A stretch of DNA of 64,000 nt from Candidatus Bipolaricaulia bacterium. GTDB taxonomy: Bacteria > Bipolaricaulota > Bipolaricaulia > RBG-16-55-9. Both the position numbers and the translations under genes were made by a program. Positions 24,247-34,345 of this stretch are shown in pieces; within the stretch, counting starts at the first letter, position 1, and every line of letters begins with the position of its first letter. Under the pieces are notes generated by a model. It was not told where the DNA came from, ran no database searches, and saw only the letters and a program-made list of their open reading frames with translations. Location: assembly GCA_042219045.1 (NCBI GenBank), contig JBDGQO010000049.1:20731-84730 (forward strand). Reading direction: 5' to 3'.

Positions 24247-26075
24247 GCGGCTCTCCCTTCGTCGGACGCTCCGTCGGCCGAGCCGTTTGCGCCGGACGCG
24301 CCGTCGTGGCCGTCTTCGCCCAGCGCCTCGTGCGTCTCCACGCCTGCGGGAACGCCGACTGGCGCCACGTTCTGCGGCACGTAATCCGCGTCGGCGCCGG
24401 GCACGCTGTAGTCGTAGGCCCAGCGATGGACGACCGGGAGCTTCGGCCCCCAGTTGCCGTGCTGAGGCGGCGTCTCCGGCGTCTGCCACTCCATCGTGGT
24501 GGCCTCCCAGGGGTTCTCGCTCGCCCGCTTGCCCTTGAAGATGCTCCAGACGAGATTGCCCAGGAAGACGAACTGGACGGCGCCGACGGTCAACGCGGCG
24601 ATCGTGATGAACTCGTTGAGTCCGGCGACCTGAGCGGGCGCGTTCTCGATCTGACCGAACGCGAAGTAGCGCCGGGGCACGCCCATGAAGCCGAGATAGT
24701 GCATGGGAAAGAAGATGGCGTAGGTGCCGATGAACGTCACCCAGAAGTGGGCCTTCCCGAGTGCCCCGTTCATGAACCGGCCGGTGAGTTTGGGGAACCA
24801 GTGATAGATCCCGCCGAAGATCGCCAATATCACCGACACGCCCATCACCAAATGGAAATGGGCCACGATGAAGTAGGTGTCGCTCAGGGGGATGTCGACG
24901 GTGACGTTGCCCAGCCAGAGCCCTGTCAGCCCGCCGATGATAAACGTGCTGACAAACCCGATGGCGAAGTACATCGGCGTCGTCAAGCGAATGTCCCCGC
25001 GCCACAGCGTCAGAATCCAGTTGTAGACCTTCAAGGCCGTCGGAATGGCGATGATGACCGTCGTGGTCGCGAAGAAGAAGCCGAAGTAGGGATTCATCCC
25101 GCTGACGAACATGTGGTGGGCCCAGACGAGGAAGCTGATAATGCCGATGGCCAGGATGGCCCAGACCATCATGCGAAAGCCGAAGACGGGCTTGCGCGCG
25201 TGCGTGCTGATGAGATCGGAAATGATGCCGAAGGCCGGAAGCGCCACGATGTAGACCTCCGGGTGGCCGAAGTACCAGAACAGGTGCTGCCACAACAGGG
25301 GGCTGCCGCCGGAATAGTCGAGCTGTTGGCCGAGCTGGTTCATGGTCGGCATGAAAAAGCTGGTGCCGGCGACCTTGTCCAGAAGCAGCATGACGCCGCC
25401 GACAAACAACGGCGGGAACGCGAACAGCGCCAGCGCCGCCGCGAAGAAGATCCCCCAGACCGTGAGCGGAAGCCGCATCATCGTCATGCCGCGGCTGCGC
25501 AGCTGCAGGGTCGTGACGACGTAGTTGAGACCCCCCATGGTGGCGGCGGCGATGAAGATCACGAGCGAGACGAGCATCAGGATGATGCCCCAGTCGGACC
25601 CGGGGGTGCCCGCCGTGATCGCCTGGGGCGGATAGAGCGTCCAGCCCGCGCCCGTCGGCCCGCCCGGCACGAAGAAGCTGGCCAACAGCACGACGACGGA
25701 CAGGAAATACGTCCAGTAGCTGAGCATGTTCACGAACGGATACGCCATGTCGCGCGCGCCGATCATGAGCGGGATGAGGTAGTTGCCGAATCCGCCCAGG
25801 AGGATCGCCGTGAGCAGGTAGACGATCATGATCATGCCGTGCATGGTGATGGCCTGGTAGTAGGAGCCGGGATTGATGAACTCGAACTGCCCGGGGTATC
25901 CGAGCTGGAGTCGAATGACGCCCGACAGCGCCAAGCCGATGAACCCGACGAAGATGGCGGTGATGCTGTACTGGATGGCGATGATCTTGTGATCCTGGCT
26001 GAAGATCCAGCGGGTCCAGAAGCTCTGCGGTTCGTGGGCGTGGGCGTCGTCTACCGCGTGCTCGTGCGCGTCCAT
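24243..26075 (-). CDS. ctaD: Cytochrome c oxidase subunit I
   Basis: Canonical heme-copper oxidase subunit I (WFFGHPEVYI-like LFWYFGHPEVYIV, HHMF, VAHFHLVM). ATG 26075 has SD AAGGGGGA; alternative ATG 26096. Confidence 0.9.
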   Translation of the reverse strand: MDAHEHAVDDAHAHEPQSFWTRWIFSQDHKIIAIQYSITAIFVGFIGLALSGVIRLQLGYPGQFEFINPGSYYQAITMHGMIMIVYLLTAILLGGFGNYLIPLMIGARDMAYPFVNMLSYWTYFLSVVVLLASFFVPGGPTGAGWTLYPPQAITAGTPGSDWGIILMLVSLVIFIAAATMGGLNYVVTTLQLRSRGMTMMRLPLTVWGIFFAAALALFAFPPLFVGGVMLLLDKVAGTSFFMPTMNQLGQQLDYSGGSPLLWQHLFWYFGHPEVYIVALPAFGIISDLISTHARKPVFGFRMMVWAILAIGIISFLVWAHHMFVSGMNPYFGFFFATTTVIIAIPTALKVYNWILTLWRGDIRLTTPMYFAIGFVSTFIIGGLTGLWLGNVTVDIPLSDTYFIVAHFHLVMGVSVILAIFGGIYHWFPKLTGRFMNGALGKAHFWVTFIGTYAIFFPMHYLGFMGVPRRYFAFGQIENAPAQVAGLNEFITIAALTVGAVQFVFLGNLVWSIFKGKRASENPWEATTMEWQTPETPPQHGNWGPKLPVVHRWAYDYSVPGADADYVPQNVAPVGVPAGVETHEALGEDGHDGASGANGSADGASDEGRAA

Positions 26076-26109
26076 TCCGATCCCCCTTGTCTCCATGCGT
26101 GAATCGGGC

Positions 26110-27282
26110 TCATTCGTCCGATGCCTCCGCCGACGCATCGGACAGGCTCTTGATGTATTCGACGATATCCTGTAGTTCTTTATCGCTGATCTGGGATTTG
26201 CCATAGGGCTGCATGACGTTGGCCGGATAGCCTTTGTGGATCTGGTCGTTCGGATTGCGGACGGAGTTCCGAATGTATTCCTCGTCGGCCGTGACGGTCT
26301 TGCCACTATCCAGGGGCACCTCGCTGCCGTGCAGGCCCTTCCAAGTCGGCCCCGTCATCGACGAGCCGTCGGTGCTGTGACAACCCAAACAGCCGTTGCT
26401 CTGTACGATCATTCGGCCGCGCTCGATAGGCGTCTGTGGCTTATCCTCGGCTGTCTTGCCCTCCTCGGCCGGCTTCCCATCGGTCGTTTTATCCGAGGGG
26501 CGCCCGGCCAGGGTCGGCTGTCCAGCCAGCCACTTGTCGAACGCCGCCTGGTCCTCGACGACGACCTCGCCCGTCATGGTGTAGTGCGCGCGGCCGCAGT
26601 ATTCGGCGCAGAGCAGATCGTAAGTCCCCGTTTCGGTGGGCGTAAACCAGGTGTTGGTGACCATGCCGGGGACCGCGTCCATCTTGACGCGGAAGTTGGG
26701 CACGTAGAAGCTGTGCAGCACGTCCTTGGAACGGATCTGCATGTCGACGGGGACGTCGACCGGCAGATGGATCGTGCCGCCCTGGATCAACACGTCGTCG
26801 TCGCCGGCCGGGTCGTCCGGATCGATCCCGTAGGGGTTTTGCGGCCCGAACAGCTCGGGATCCGTCGCGCCGAGCTTGCCGTCCTTGCCAGCAAAGCGGT
26901 ACGTCCAGCGCCACTGCTCACCGACGACCTCCACCTTCATCGCGTCGGACGGGGCGCTGATCAGGTCGTTGTAGACGAACATGCCGGGCGCCAACAGCAC
27001 GACGATGCCGAGGGCAGTGAGCCCGGCGAGCGTCTTTTCAAGACGTGGCTTTTCCGGCATGTATTCCGCTTCGCTCTGTTGGCGGTGGCGATAACGAACG
27101 ATGACGTAAGCCATAAAGAGGTTGACCGCGACAAAGGCGATTCCCGTCACAATAAACGTGACATTGGTGGAGAGGTCGATGGCCCACCAATTGGAGGCCA
27201 GCGGCGTGAAGGTCCATGGGCTGAGGAAGGTGAACGCAATGGAGGCGATCACGATGAGGACGATCGTCAGGGCAATGATCAT
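26110..27282 (-). CDS. ctaC: Cytochrome c oxidase subunit II fused to cytochrome c (caa3-type)
   Basis: Two N-terminal TM helices, CuA site CAEYCGRAHYTM, and a C-terminal CLGCHS heme c domain. SD GAAGGAG. Confidence 0.9.
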   Translation of the reverse strand: MIIALTIVLIVIASIAFTFLSPWTFTPLASNWWAIDLSTNVTFIVTGIAFVAVNLFMAYVIVRYRHRQQSEAEYMPEKPRLEKTLAGLTALGIVVLLAPGMFVYNDLISAPSDAMKVEVVGEQWRWTYRFAGKDGKLGATDPELFGPQNPYGIDPDDPAGDDDVLIQGGTIHLPVDVPVDMQIRSKDVLHSFYVPNFRVKMDAVPGMVTNTWFTPTETGTYDLLCAEYCGRAHYTMTGEVVVEDQAAFDKWLAGQPTLAGRPSDKTTDGKPAEEGKTAEDKPQTPIERGRMIVQSNGCLGCHSTDGSSMTGPTWKGLHGSEVPLDSGKTVTADEEYIRNSVRNPNDQIHKGYPANVMQPYGKSQISDKELQDIVEYIKSLSDASAEASDE

Positions 27283-27449
27283 CTAACTTCCGCTCCTTCG
27301 AAAGGGTCCGCGCATGTAACGGTACTCATTACTATTATCAAAATCGCAGCCCCCCCTCAATGACCTAGATCAATGACCTCATTCTGTCGATGTGCCAAAA
27401 ATAAAGATCCGGACGAGATCGGGGACAGGAATGGAGGCATCGGGCGAAT

Positions 27450-29918
27450 TCAGTCCCCCTGTCCCGATGGGCTTTCGCCAGCTCCGTTCCCTTCTGCTTC
27501 CTCTGCGTCGCGGAGGCGTTCGGCGATCTCGCCGAGCTTGTCGTCGACCTGTGCGTAGGTCGTGCCGTCGTCGAACCGGTTCGCCTCGGGGTTCCAAGAC
27601 CCGGCCGTCTGCCCCGTTAGGATCTCTAACGCCTCCTCGATCGTGGCCACCGACCAGACGTGGAACTGCCCCGCCTCCACGGCGTTCCGGACGTCGCTGG
27701 CGAGCATGAGGTGGGCCTCGTTGACCTCGGGGACCACCACGCCCTGTTCGCCCGTCAGTCCCTGCACCTTGCAGACTTTGTAGAATCCTTCGATCTTTTC
27801 GTTGACGCCCCCGATCGGCTGGATCTGGCCCTTCTGGTTGACCGAGCCCGTGATGGCGACGCCCTGATGAATGGGGACGCCCGCGAGCTCGGAGATGAGC
27901 GCGGCGAGCTCGGCGGCCGAAGCGCTGTCCCCGTCGATCGTGCCGTAGCTCTGCTCGAACGTCAGGCTGGCGGACAGCGAAAGCGGTCGATTGCGGGCGA
28001 ACTGGTCGCCGAGCCAGCTCTTGAGGATCAGCAGCCCCTTGGTGTGGATGTTGCCGGAGAGGTCCGCCTCGCGCTCGATGTTAGTCACGCCGTCCTTGCC
28101 GGTGTGAACGGTTGCCGTGATGCGTGTCGGCCGCCCGAACCGATGGTCGCCCGTGCTCAACACGCTCAGCCCGTTGATCTGGCCCGTGTTGGTGCCCTCG
28201 GTGTCGACGAAGATCTCACCTCGGGTGATCATCTCGCGAACCTTGTCCTCGAGCAGGTTGTGCCGGAAGTCGCGGGCCTCAATGGCGGACTGGACGTGAT
28301 CGCGGGTGACGACATCGTCCTCGACCTCGCGCGCGCGGAAGCTTGCCTCGTCGACGATCGTCATGAGGTCGCTGAAGCACGCGGAGAGCTTGCTCTGGTC
28401 GTCGGCGCACTCGCTGGCGTACTCCACCAGCCGCGACGTGCCCGTCGGATCAAAGGGGAGCAGATGCGGGTCCTCGTCGCTGCGAGCGCGGAGGAAGCCG
28501 GCAAACTGGCGCTCGGTCTCCTCGGTGCGCTCCATGTCGGTGTCGAACTCGCTTTTGATCGAGAACAGCTTGCGGAAGTCCTCGTCGTAGGCCTGGAGCA
28601 GGTCGTAGATGTAGCGGTTGCCGATGACAATGAACTTGACGTCCAGCGGCAAGGCCTCCGGCTTGAGGCCCTCGGCCGCGCCGTAGCCGAGCATGTTGGC
28701 GACGTCCTCGATCTCGACTTCCTTGCGCCGCAACGCGACTTTGATCGCGTGCCAACTCATGGGCGAGCGGAGGAGGTTCTCCGCGTTCAGGATCAGATAC
28801 CCGCCGTTCGCCTCGTGGATCGAGCCGGGCCGGATCATCAGGAAGTCGGTCGTGACCGCCCCCATCTGCATGCGGCGCTCCACCCGACCGAACAGATTGG
28901 GATATGTGGCGTTCTCCTGGATAACGACCGGTGCGCCGTCGGTTTCGCCGTGATCGACGAGCACGTTGACGTCGTACTTGCGGAAGGGATCGTCCTGTTG
29001 GGGATCCCCTCCGCCGCTCATCATCTGCTGAACCATTTGGGGCATGTTCCCTTGGCCGCCCCCATTCTGGTTGAGGAAGATGTCCACGTTGTGAATCAGG
29101 TCCTGCAGGACCTCGTCGAGGTACGCTGTGGCACGGTCGTTGGCGCCGTAACGCTCTTTGAGATTCTGAATGCGCGGCGTGATCACGAACGAGGCGACCT
29201 CGCGGTTGAGTTCCTCGACGGCTTCCGAGCGCTCCTCCGCGACTTTGCTGGCCTGGCGCATGTCGCGCTGGATGATCTCCTGGAGCTCTTCCTGGCGCTC
29301 GCGCAGTTGGCGTTGGGTCTCCTCGTCAAGTTCCTGGAACTGCTCGCGCGTCATCGGCTCGCCGTCGTCGTTGAGGGGGACGGTTTGGATCCCAATCTGG
29401 GTCTGCTGGAGCTGGAAGCCGCGCGACTCCGCCTCCTGCTGCCAGCGCTCGTACATCGCCTGTTCGCGCTCTTTGTACTGTTCGTCGACTTGCTCGCGGC
29501 GCTCTTGATATTCGTCGCTCTCAAACGCTTGGGGCAGGTCCTCTTGGAGACTGTCAATCAGCCGCTCCATGTCGGCCTTCAGTTGTTGGCCCTGTCCGGC
29601 GGGCAGCCGCAGATAGCGCGGCCGATACGGATCGGCGAAGTTGTGGACATAACAGATGTCGGGCGGCTGCGTCTGTTCGGCGCTCACGTCCTCGACGAAT
29701 CGCTGCACTGCGGACAGCTTGCCCGTGCCCGGGTCGCCGGCGACGAAGACGTTGTAGCGATTGCGGGCGTTTTTGAGCTTCAGCCCGGTCTCGAGCGCCT
29801 GAATGGCCCGCTCTTGGCCGATCACTGCGCTCAGCGGCGCCACCTCGTCGGTCGTGTCGAAGTGGAAGATGCTCGGATCACAAGGACGATACAGTTGGTC
29901 GTGCGAAAGTTCGGGCAT
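27450..29918 (-). CDS. Lon-like protease, LonC-type (AAA-like module with a coiled-coil insertion plus a Lon Ser-Lys protease domain)
   Basis: GDPGTGKLS (deviant Walker A), GGYLILNAENL (deviant Walker B), a long charged coiled-coil insert (EQYKEREQAMYERWQQEAE...RQLRERQEELQEII), then DGDSASAAELAALISELAG and GGVNEKIEGF (catalytic Ser/Lys regions). Confidence 0.8.
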   Translation of the reverse strand: MPELSHDQLYRPCDPSIFHFDTTDEVAPLSAVIGQERAIQALETGLKLKNARNRYNVFVAGDPGTGKLSAVQRFVEDVSAEQTQPPDICYVHNFADPYRPRYLRLPAGQGQQLKADMERLIDSLQEDLPQAFESDEYQERREQVDEQYKEREQAMYERWQQEAESRGFQLQQTQIGIQTVPLNDDGEPMTREQFQELDEETQRQLRERQEELQEIIQRDMRQASKVAEERSEAVEELNREVASFVITPRIQNLKERYGANDRATAYLDEVLQDLIHNVDIFLNQNGGGQGNMPQMVQQMMSGGGDPQQDDPFRKYDVNVLVDHGETDGAPVVIQENATYPNLFGRVERRMQMGAVTTDFLMIRPGSIHEANGGYLILNAENLLRSPMSWHAIKVALRRKEVEIEDVANMLGYGAAEGLKPEALPLDVKFIVIGNRYIYDLLQAYDEDFRKLFSIKSEFDTDMERTEETERQFAGFLRARSDEDPHLLPFDPTGTSRLVEYASECADDQSKLSACFSDLMTIVDEASFRAREVEDDVVTRDHVQSAIEARDFRHNLLEDKVREMITRGEIFVDTEGTNTGQINGLSVLSTGDHRFGRPTRITATVHTGKDGVTNIEREADLSGNIHTKGLLILKSWLGDQFARNRPLSLSASLTFEQSYGTIDGDSASAAELAALISELAGVPIHQGVAITGSVNQKGQIQPIGGVNEKIEGFYKVCKVQGLTGEQGVVVPEVNEAHLMLASDVRNAVEAGQFHVWSVATIEEALEILTGQTAGSWNPEANRFDDGTTYAQVDDKLGEIAERLRDAEEAEGNGAGESPSGQGD

Positions 29919-30016
29919 GCGAATCCTCCCTGAAGGATCCCTGGGTGGCGTTCCCTTTGACGATCGGCGTCGGAGCGACGAAGCCCCGAAAATCCCAGAG
30001 TCCGATCATTTTAGCC

Positions 30017-30050
30017 AAGCCGTCGCCGCGGGAGCAAGCGGCATCGGCTT
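30017..30050 (-). terminator. Hairpin immediately after the S8 peptidase stop codon
   Basis: AAGCCG-AT-GCCGC / GCGGC-GA-CGGCTT stems (6+5 bp) with an 8-nt loop. No clear U-tract. Confidence 0.3.
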
Positions 30051-32995
30051 CAATTATCGGAGCGCGTGTCGATGTTGGCGACGTGGCCGCAGACGACCAC
30101 CTTGTTGCCCGAGGGCACGTGATACGTGCGTGGGTCCGCGTCCGTCGGGGTCAAGCGGACGCGAGCGACGTCGTCGCTCGCGTTGAGATAGGTGACGCAG
30201 GCTTGGCCGACGACGCGGCGCCAGGCCTCGGGCGGCTCGAACGCGATCCGCTCGAATGCGACTGCTATCAGTTCGCTCGGACCCTGAACGCGGATGACCA
30301 CGGGCACCGTGACGGCATCGACGGCGGCTTGCTCCGAACCGATGCGGATGGAGCTTTGGTGCGTGCCCGGTTGGAGCTCCTCGGCGTCGATCGAGACCAC
30401 CAACTCGAAACGGCCGGATCCGCTCGAGGCGTTGACGTTGATCCACGACGCTTGCGGCTCGGCAGTCCAGCTCAGCGTTCCGCTGCCCGCGTTGCGGATC
30501 TGCAGCACCCGGCTCTCGGGGGATTCGCCAAGCGAGGTCTCAAAGCGGAGACGTCCGGGCTCGACGCCGATCTCGGGCTTCGCAACGTCAAGGACGACGT
30601 CGATACGGAACGGGCTGTTGGTCGCGGTCTCGGCCTTCAGGACGATCTGCGCTTTATGGCGTCCGGGGCCGAGGTCGCGCGGGTTCAGCAACACGCGGAC
30701 TTTGGACGGCGTCGATCCGGAGGTAGGGTTGACGGTGACCCATGACTTCGTCGTCCGAGCCGTCCAATCCAGCGAGCCGTCGCTACGGTTGGTGATTGAG
30801 ATATTTCGGATGGGCGCGCCCCGATCGCCGACTGTGACCTCGTAGGTCAGTCGTTGCTCCGAGACGTCGAAGCTCGGCCGCCCGATCACCGTTAGGCTCG
30901 CCCGCCCGCTCGGCGCCTCTTGGCTCTCGCCAATAACGCGGAATGAGCGCGGACCAAGCTCGGCCGAGCTCGCCACGGAGATCGTGATCGGGAGCTCATT
31001 GTCGGTGGCGCCGTCGCGAATCGACGCCGTCACGCCTTCGCCCTCGAAGACCACGTCCATGGCGTCCGTCAACCCCGTGCCTTGGATCGTCGCGTCTATC
31101 CGTTGGCCCACGGCGGCTCGGCCGGGCGTAATGCTCGTGACGTTCAGCTTCGACGGGTCCAAGGGCAGCGGCCCCATCGTGAGGCCGCCCGCACCGTAGA
31201 GGTTGTCCGCGCCGGGCGAGCCGAGGTCCTCGGCCCGCCGCTTAAGGGCGTCCATGATCTCGTTGGGCGATCCGTCAGGCATCGCCTGTTGCAGGAGTGC
31301 GGCGGCGCCGGCCGCATGCGGACTGGCCGCGCTAGTGCCCGTGAAGCCCGGATTCTGATTGTCGCCCGTCGGGCTCCAGGCCCCGAACGGCGTCGTGGAG
31401 ACGTGGGTGGGCGCGGCAACATCCGGCTTGATGCGACCATCTTTGGTGGGGCCTCGACTGGAGTAGGACAGCAGCGATCCCTCGGGGCAGAGCTCGCCGC
31501 ACGCTTCTGGGTCGTGGTGGCGGGCGCCAACCGTCAGCGCGTTCGGGGAGATCGAGGGTTCGAGGATGCTGACGCTGCCGTCGCGCGTGAGGTAGTTGAA
31601 ATCTCCCTCGACACAGTCTTTGCAGGACCGGATCAGCATGTCCAGCGGCACGTCGGGGGCGTCCGGATCGGTTTTGGTGATGACGACCTGGAACCTCTTC
31701 GTCTCGCCGACTTGAGCGGCATCGAAGCGGAAGACCTTGAAGGTGGATCGTATGGGAATGCCGGGCCGCCAGGTCCAGCTGCCGCGGGCCGGGTCGGCTT
31801 CCTTGTCTTCGGGGATGATGCGGACATCGTAGGCGAGGTCGGCGCCCGTGCAGGGCGCATCCCAGCTCAAAGTGAAGTTCAGGATAGCGGCAGCCACGTC
31901 CTGCCCGTTTGCACTGGCCTCGACGAGTTTGGTTTCCACGGTGAAGGTGTTGTCCTTCGCCGTGAAGTTATGCCGGCCATCGTCGTCGGGATCGGCATAG
32001 GTCCCTTGCCAGTGGTTGTTGGCCTCGTTGCCAGCAGACGTGGCCCACGTGATCCCCGCATCGCGCGCTCTTTGGATGATGGGCTCGAAGATGCCGCCGC
32101 CCTTGCGGAAGCAGCCGGACGAGAAGCCGAGTGACGTGTTGATGACGTCCACGTTCCGTTCGATCATCCAGTCGACGCTCCGTTCGAACTGGACGTCCGT
32201 CTGGAAGTTGCTCAAGAACAACTCTGACCGCGGCGCAACGTCGTGAACGACTTCGGCCGTCCCTAGCCCATGATACTGGGCGGTCTCGGAACAATTGGAG
32301 CACTCAATGTCTTCATCCGGGCGGAACGACCGCGTTGAGACACTGTGCTCAGCCGGCAACTCGCTCCCCAGGCGGTCCGCGTAGTCCTTGAAGCCGGAGT
32401 CGATGATGCCCACACGAACGCCCTGGCCGTTCAGGCCGATCTCATGCCACGGGGCGACGCCGATGGCGTCGAGCCCTTCGCTGCGCACCTCGTCCTCGGC
32501 AGCGGCCGCTTGGGCCGTGAGTTGCGGATCGCGCGGAACCGGCGACATGGGGAGGCGGATAAAGCGCACGTCGGGTTCCTTGGCCAGCTCGGCGATCGTC
32601 GACGACGTCAGACGGGCCTGGATGCGCGAGCGAGCGACGCCCTCGACTTGACCTCCCAGATCCGCGATCGCCGAGCGGATCTCGGACACGGCGTCGACGT
32701 TCCGGACGTCAATCACTACGCGGAAGCCCTTGGGTGTCAGAGCGGCCGTCACGGGAAAAGCAGTATGCCGGGACGAATCGAGCTGGACGTTGAGGCTCGG
32801 CTCATCGCCCGCTTCGCTCATCAGGCGTTTTAGTGAGTTCTGTATCTTGGTTGGCGACGCGCCTCGGTCGGCCCCTTCGTCGCGCTGCGACGTCTCCGAT
32901 GATAGCCCGTCAGCCATCAATGATGGTTGCAAGCCCGCCATGGAACAGATACCGAGCAAAACAATGCCGACCGCCATGTTGCGACGACGCCGCAT
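30050..32995 (-). CDS. S8-family (subtilisin-like) serine peptidase, large multidomain secreted protein
   Basis: Catalytic triad contexts VGIIDSGF (Asp), HGLGTAEVV (His) and GTSAASPHAAGAAALL (Ser). Signal-like MRRRRNMAVGIVLLGICSMAG with SD AGGAGG upstream of ATG 32995. C-terminal Ig/BACON-like repeats (LDWTA..SWVTVNPTSG; LSWTAEPQASWINVNASSG). Confidence 0.85.
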   Translation of the reverse strand: MRRRRNMAVGIVLLGICSMAGLQPSLMADGLSSETSQRDEGADRGASPTKIQNSLKRLMSEAGDEPSLNVQLDSSRHTAFPVTAALTPKGFRVVIDVRNVDAVSEIRSAIADLGGQVEGVARSRIQARLTSSTIAELAKEPDVRFIRLPMSPVPRDPQLTAQAAAAEDEVRSEGLDAIGVAPWHEIGLNGQGVRVGIIDSGFKDYADRLGSELPAEHSVSTRSFRPDEDIECSNCSETAQYHGLGTAEVVHDVAPRSELFLSNFQTDVQFERSVDWMIERNVDVINTSLGFSSGCFRKGGGIFEPIIQRARDAGITWATSAGNEANNHWQGTYADPDDDGRHNFTAKDNTFTVETKLVEASANGQDVAAAILNFTLSWDAPCTGADLAYDVRIIPEDKEADPARGSWTWRPGIPIRSTFKVFRFDAAQVGETKRFQVVITKTDPDAPDVPLDMLIRSCKDCVEGDFNYLTRDGSVSILEPSISPNALTVGARHHDPEACGELCPEGSLLSYSSRGPTKDGRIKPDVAAPTHVSTTPFGAWSPTGDNQNPGFTGTSAASPHAAGAAALLQQAMPDGSPNEIMDALKRRAEDLGSPGADNLYGAGGLTMGPLPLDPSKLNVTSITPGRAAVGQRIDATIQGTGLTDAMDVVFEGEGVTASIRDGATDNELPITISVASSAELGPRSFRVIGESQEAPSGRASLTVIGRPSFDVSEQRLTYEVTVGDRGAPIRNISITNRSDGSLDWTARTTKSWVTVNPTSGSTPSKVRVLLNPRDLGPGRHKAQIVLKAETATNSPFRIDVVLDVAKPEIGVEPGRLRFETSLGESPESRVLQIRNAGSGTLSWTAEPQASWINVNASSGSGRFELVVSIDAEELQPGTHQSSIRIGSEQAAVDAVTVPVVIRVQGPSELIAVAFERIAFEPPEAWRRVVGQACVTYLNASDDVARVRLTPTDADPRTYHVPSGNKVVVCGHVANIDTRSDN

Positions 32996-33202
32996 CCGAC
33001 ACCGCCTCCTGTTGGTTGTGCATCGATGTTGGTTGCGCAGATGGTAGCGGCCAGACGGAGCCCTTGCCAGACCCAAGCGTTGCTGTTTTCCGACAGCGAC
33101 GAGAACGATGGCCGGGAGGCGATCATCGTCGCCAAGCGCCTGTAACGCTCCGCGGGGCCTTGACCCGAGTCATGCCCAACACCTAGACTTGGCAAATCCC
33201 GA

Positions 33203-34246
33203 GTGGTTGCCATGTCGACGGACGAACTGCCGACTCCGGCGCACTTCGATCCGACGAGCGTCGACCGCATCTGGCGCGTGCCATACGGGCAACGCGCCGA
33301 GGAGGCCGAGGCGTGGGCCAGGGACCACGCCATCGCGCCCGCTCACAACGATAAGTTCAAGCTCGCGCTCATGCTCGTCGACGTGCAGAACACGTTCTGT
33401 ATCCCCGGCTTTGAACTGTTCGTGGCCGGCCGCTCGGGCAACGGGGCGGTCGAGGACAACGTGCGGCTGTGTCGGTTCATCTATCGCAACCTCCACCGAA
33501 TCACCCAGATTACGCCGACGATGGACACCCACGACGCAATGCAGATCTTCCACCCCATCTTTCTGGTCGACGAGGCGGGCAACCATCCGGCGCCGCTCAC
33601 GCTCGTGAGCAAGGCCGACGTCGACCAGGGTCGATGGCGGTTCAATCCGGACGTGGCACCAAACTTGGGCATTACCCCCGAAGAGGGCCAGCGCCACCTG
33701 GAGCACTACGTCGAGGAGTTGTCGGCCCGAGAGAAATACGACCTGACGATCTGGCCCTATCACGTCATGCTCGGCGGGATCAGCCACGCGCTCGTGCCGG
33801 CCATTGAGGAGGCCGTCTTCTTCCACACCATCGCCCGCATGAGCCAGCCCGACCACGAGATCAAGGGACTCAACCCGCTGACGGAGCACTATTCGGTGCT
33901 CGGACCGGAAGTGCGCACGAACCACCGTGGCGATCCGATCGCCGCCAAGAACGATCGGTTCATCCAGAAGCTTCGCGATTTCGATGCCGTCGCCATCGCG
34001 GGCCAAGCGAAAAGCCACTGCGTCGCCTGGACGATCGACGACCTGCTCACCGACATTTCCGAGACCGATCCGTCCCTGGCGCGCAAGGTCTATCTCTTGG
34101 AGGACTGCACCTCGCCCGTGGTCGTGCCCGAGGTCGTCGACTACACCGACGACGCGGATGCCGCGTTCGAGCGGTTTGCCGACGCGGGGATGCATGTCGT
34201 CCAGTCCACGGACCCGATCGAGGACTGGCCCGGGCTCTCGACCTGA
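33203..34246 (+). CDS. Isochorismatase-family cysteine hydrolase (nicotinamidase-like)
   Basis: [17 protein letters not shown] and [13 protein letters not shown] (catalytic Cys context). GTG 33203 or ATG 33212 as start. Confidence 0.65.
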   Translation: MVAMSTDELPTPAHFDPTSVDRIWRVPYGQRAEEAEAWARDHAIAPAHNDKFKLALMLVDVQNTFCIPGFELFVAGRSGNGAVEDNVRLCRFIYRNLHRITQITPTMDTHDAMQIFHPIFLVDEAGNHPAPLTLVSKADVDQGRWRFNPDVAPNLGITPEEGQRHLEHYVEELSAREKYDLTIWPYHVMLGGISHALVPAIEEAVFFHTIARMSQPDHEIKGLNPLTEHYSVLGPEVRTNHRGDPIAAKNDRFIQKLRDFDAVAIAGQAKSHCVAWTIDDLLTDISETDPSLARKVYLLEDCTSPVVVPEVVDYTDDADAAFERFADAGMHVVQSTDPIEDWPGLST

Positions 34247-34345
34247 CGCCCACTCCGGGATCTGAGTCCACCTGCTGTTGACCTCAAAGATGCCAATGAG
34301 CTACACCTGAGGCGTTCATAACGACGATCAAGAAGGGGGCCATCA

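Noticed and set aside
27660-29933. Very long alternative-frame or antisense ORFs: 27660..29933 (757 aa), 24306..26102, 15083..16312, 35511..37211, 37731..39242, 17820..19178, 157..1341 and 31082..32134.
   Set aside because: Each fully overlaps a gene with clear family motifs on the other strand or frame. Their products are Arg/Ala/Gly/Pro-rich low-complexity sequence, typical of shadow ORFs in high-GC DNA.
27450-32995. Lon-like protease plus S8 peptidase as a possible phage-defence module (BrxL-like Lon in BREX; protease effectors).
   Set aside because: There is no methyltransferase, PglZ, nuclease, helicase or other defence hallmark nearby. The Lon matches LonC-type housekeeping-like proteases. 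The genes are separated by a hairpin and a probable promoter.
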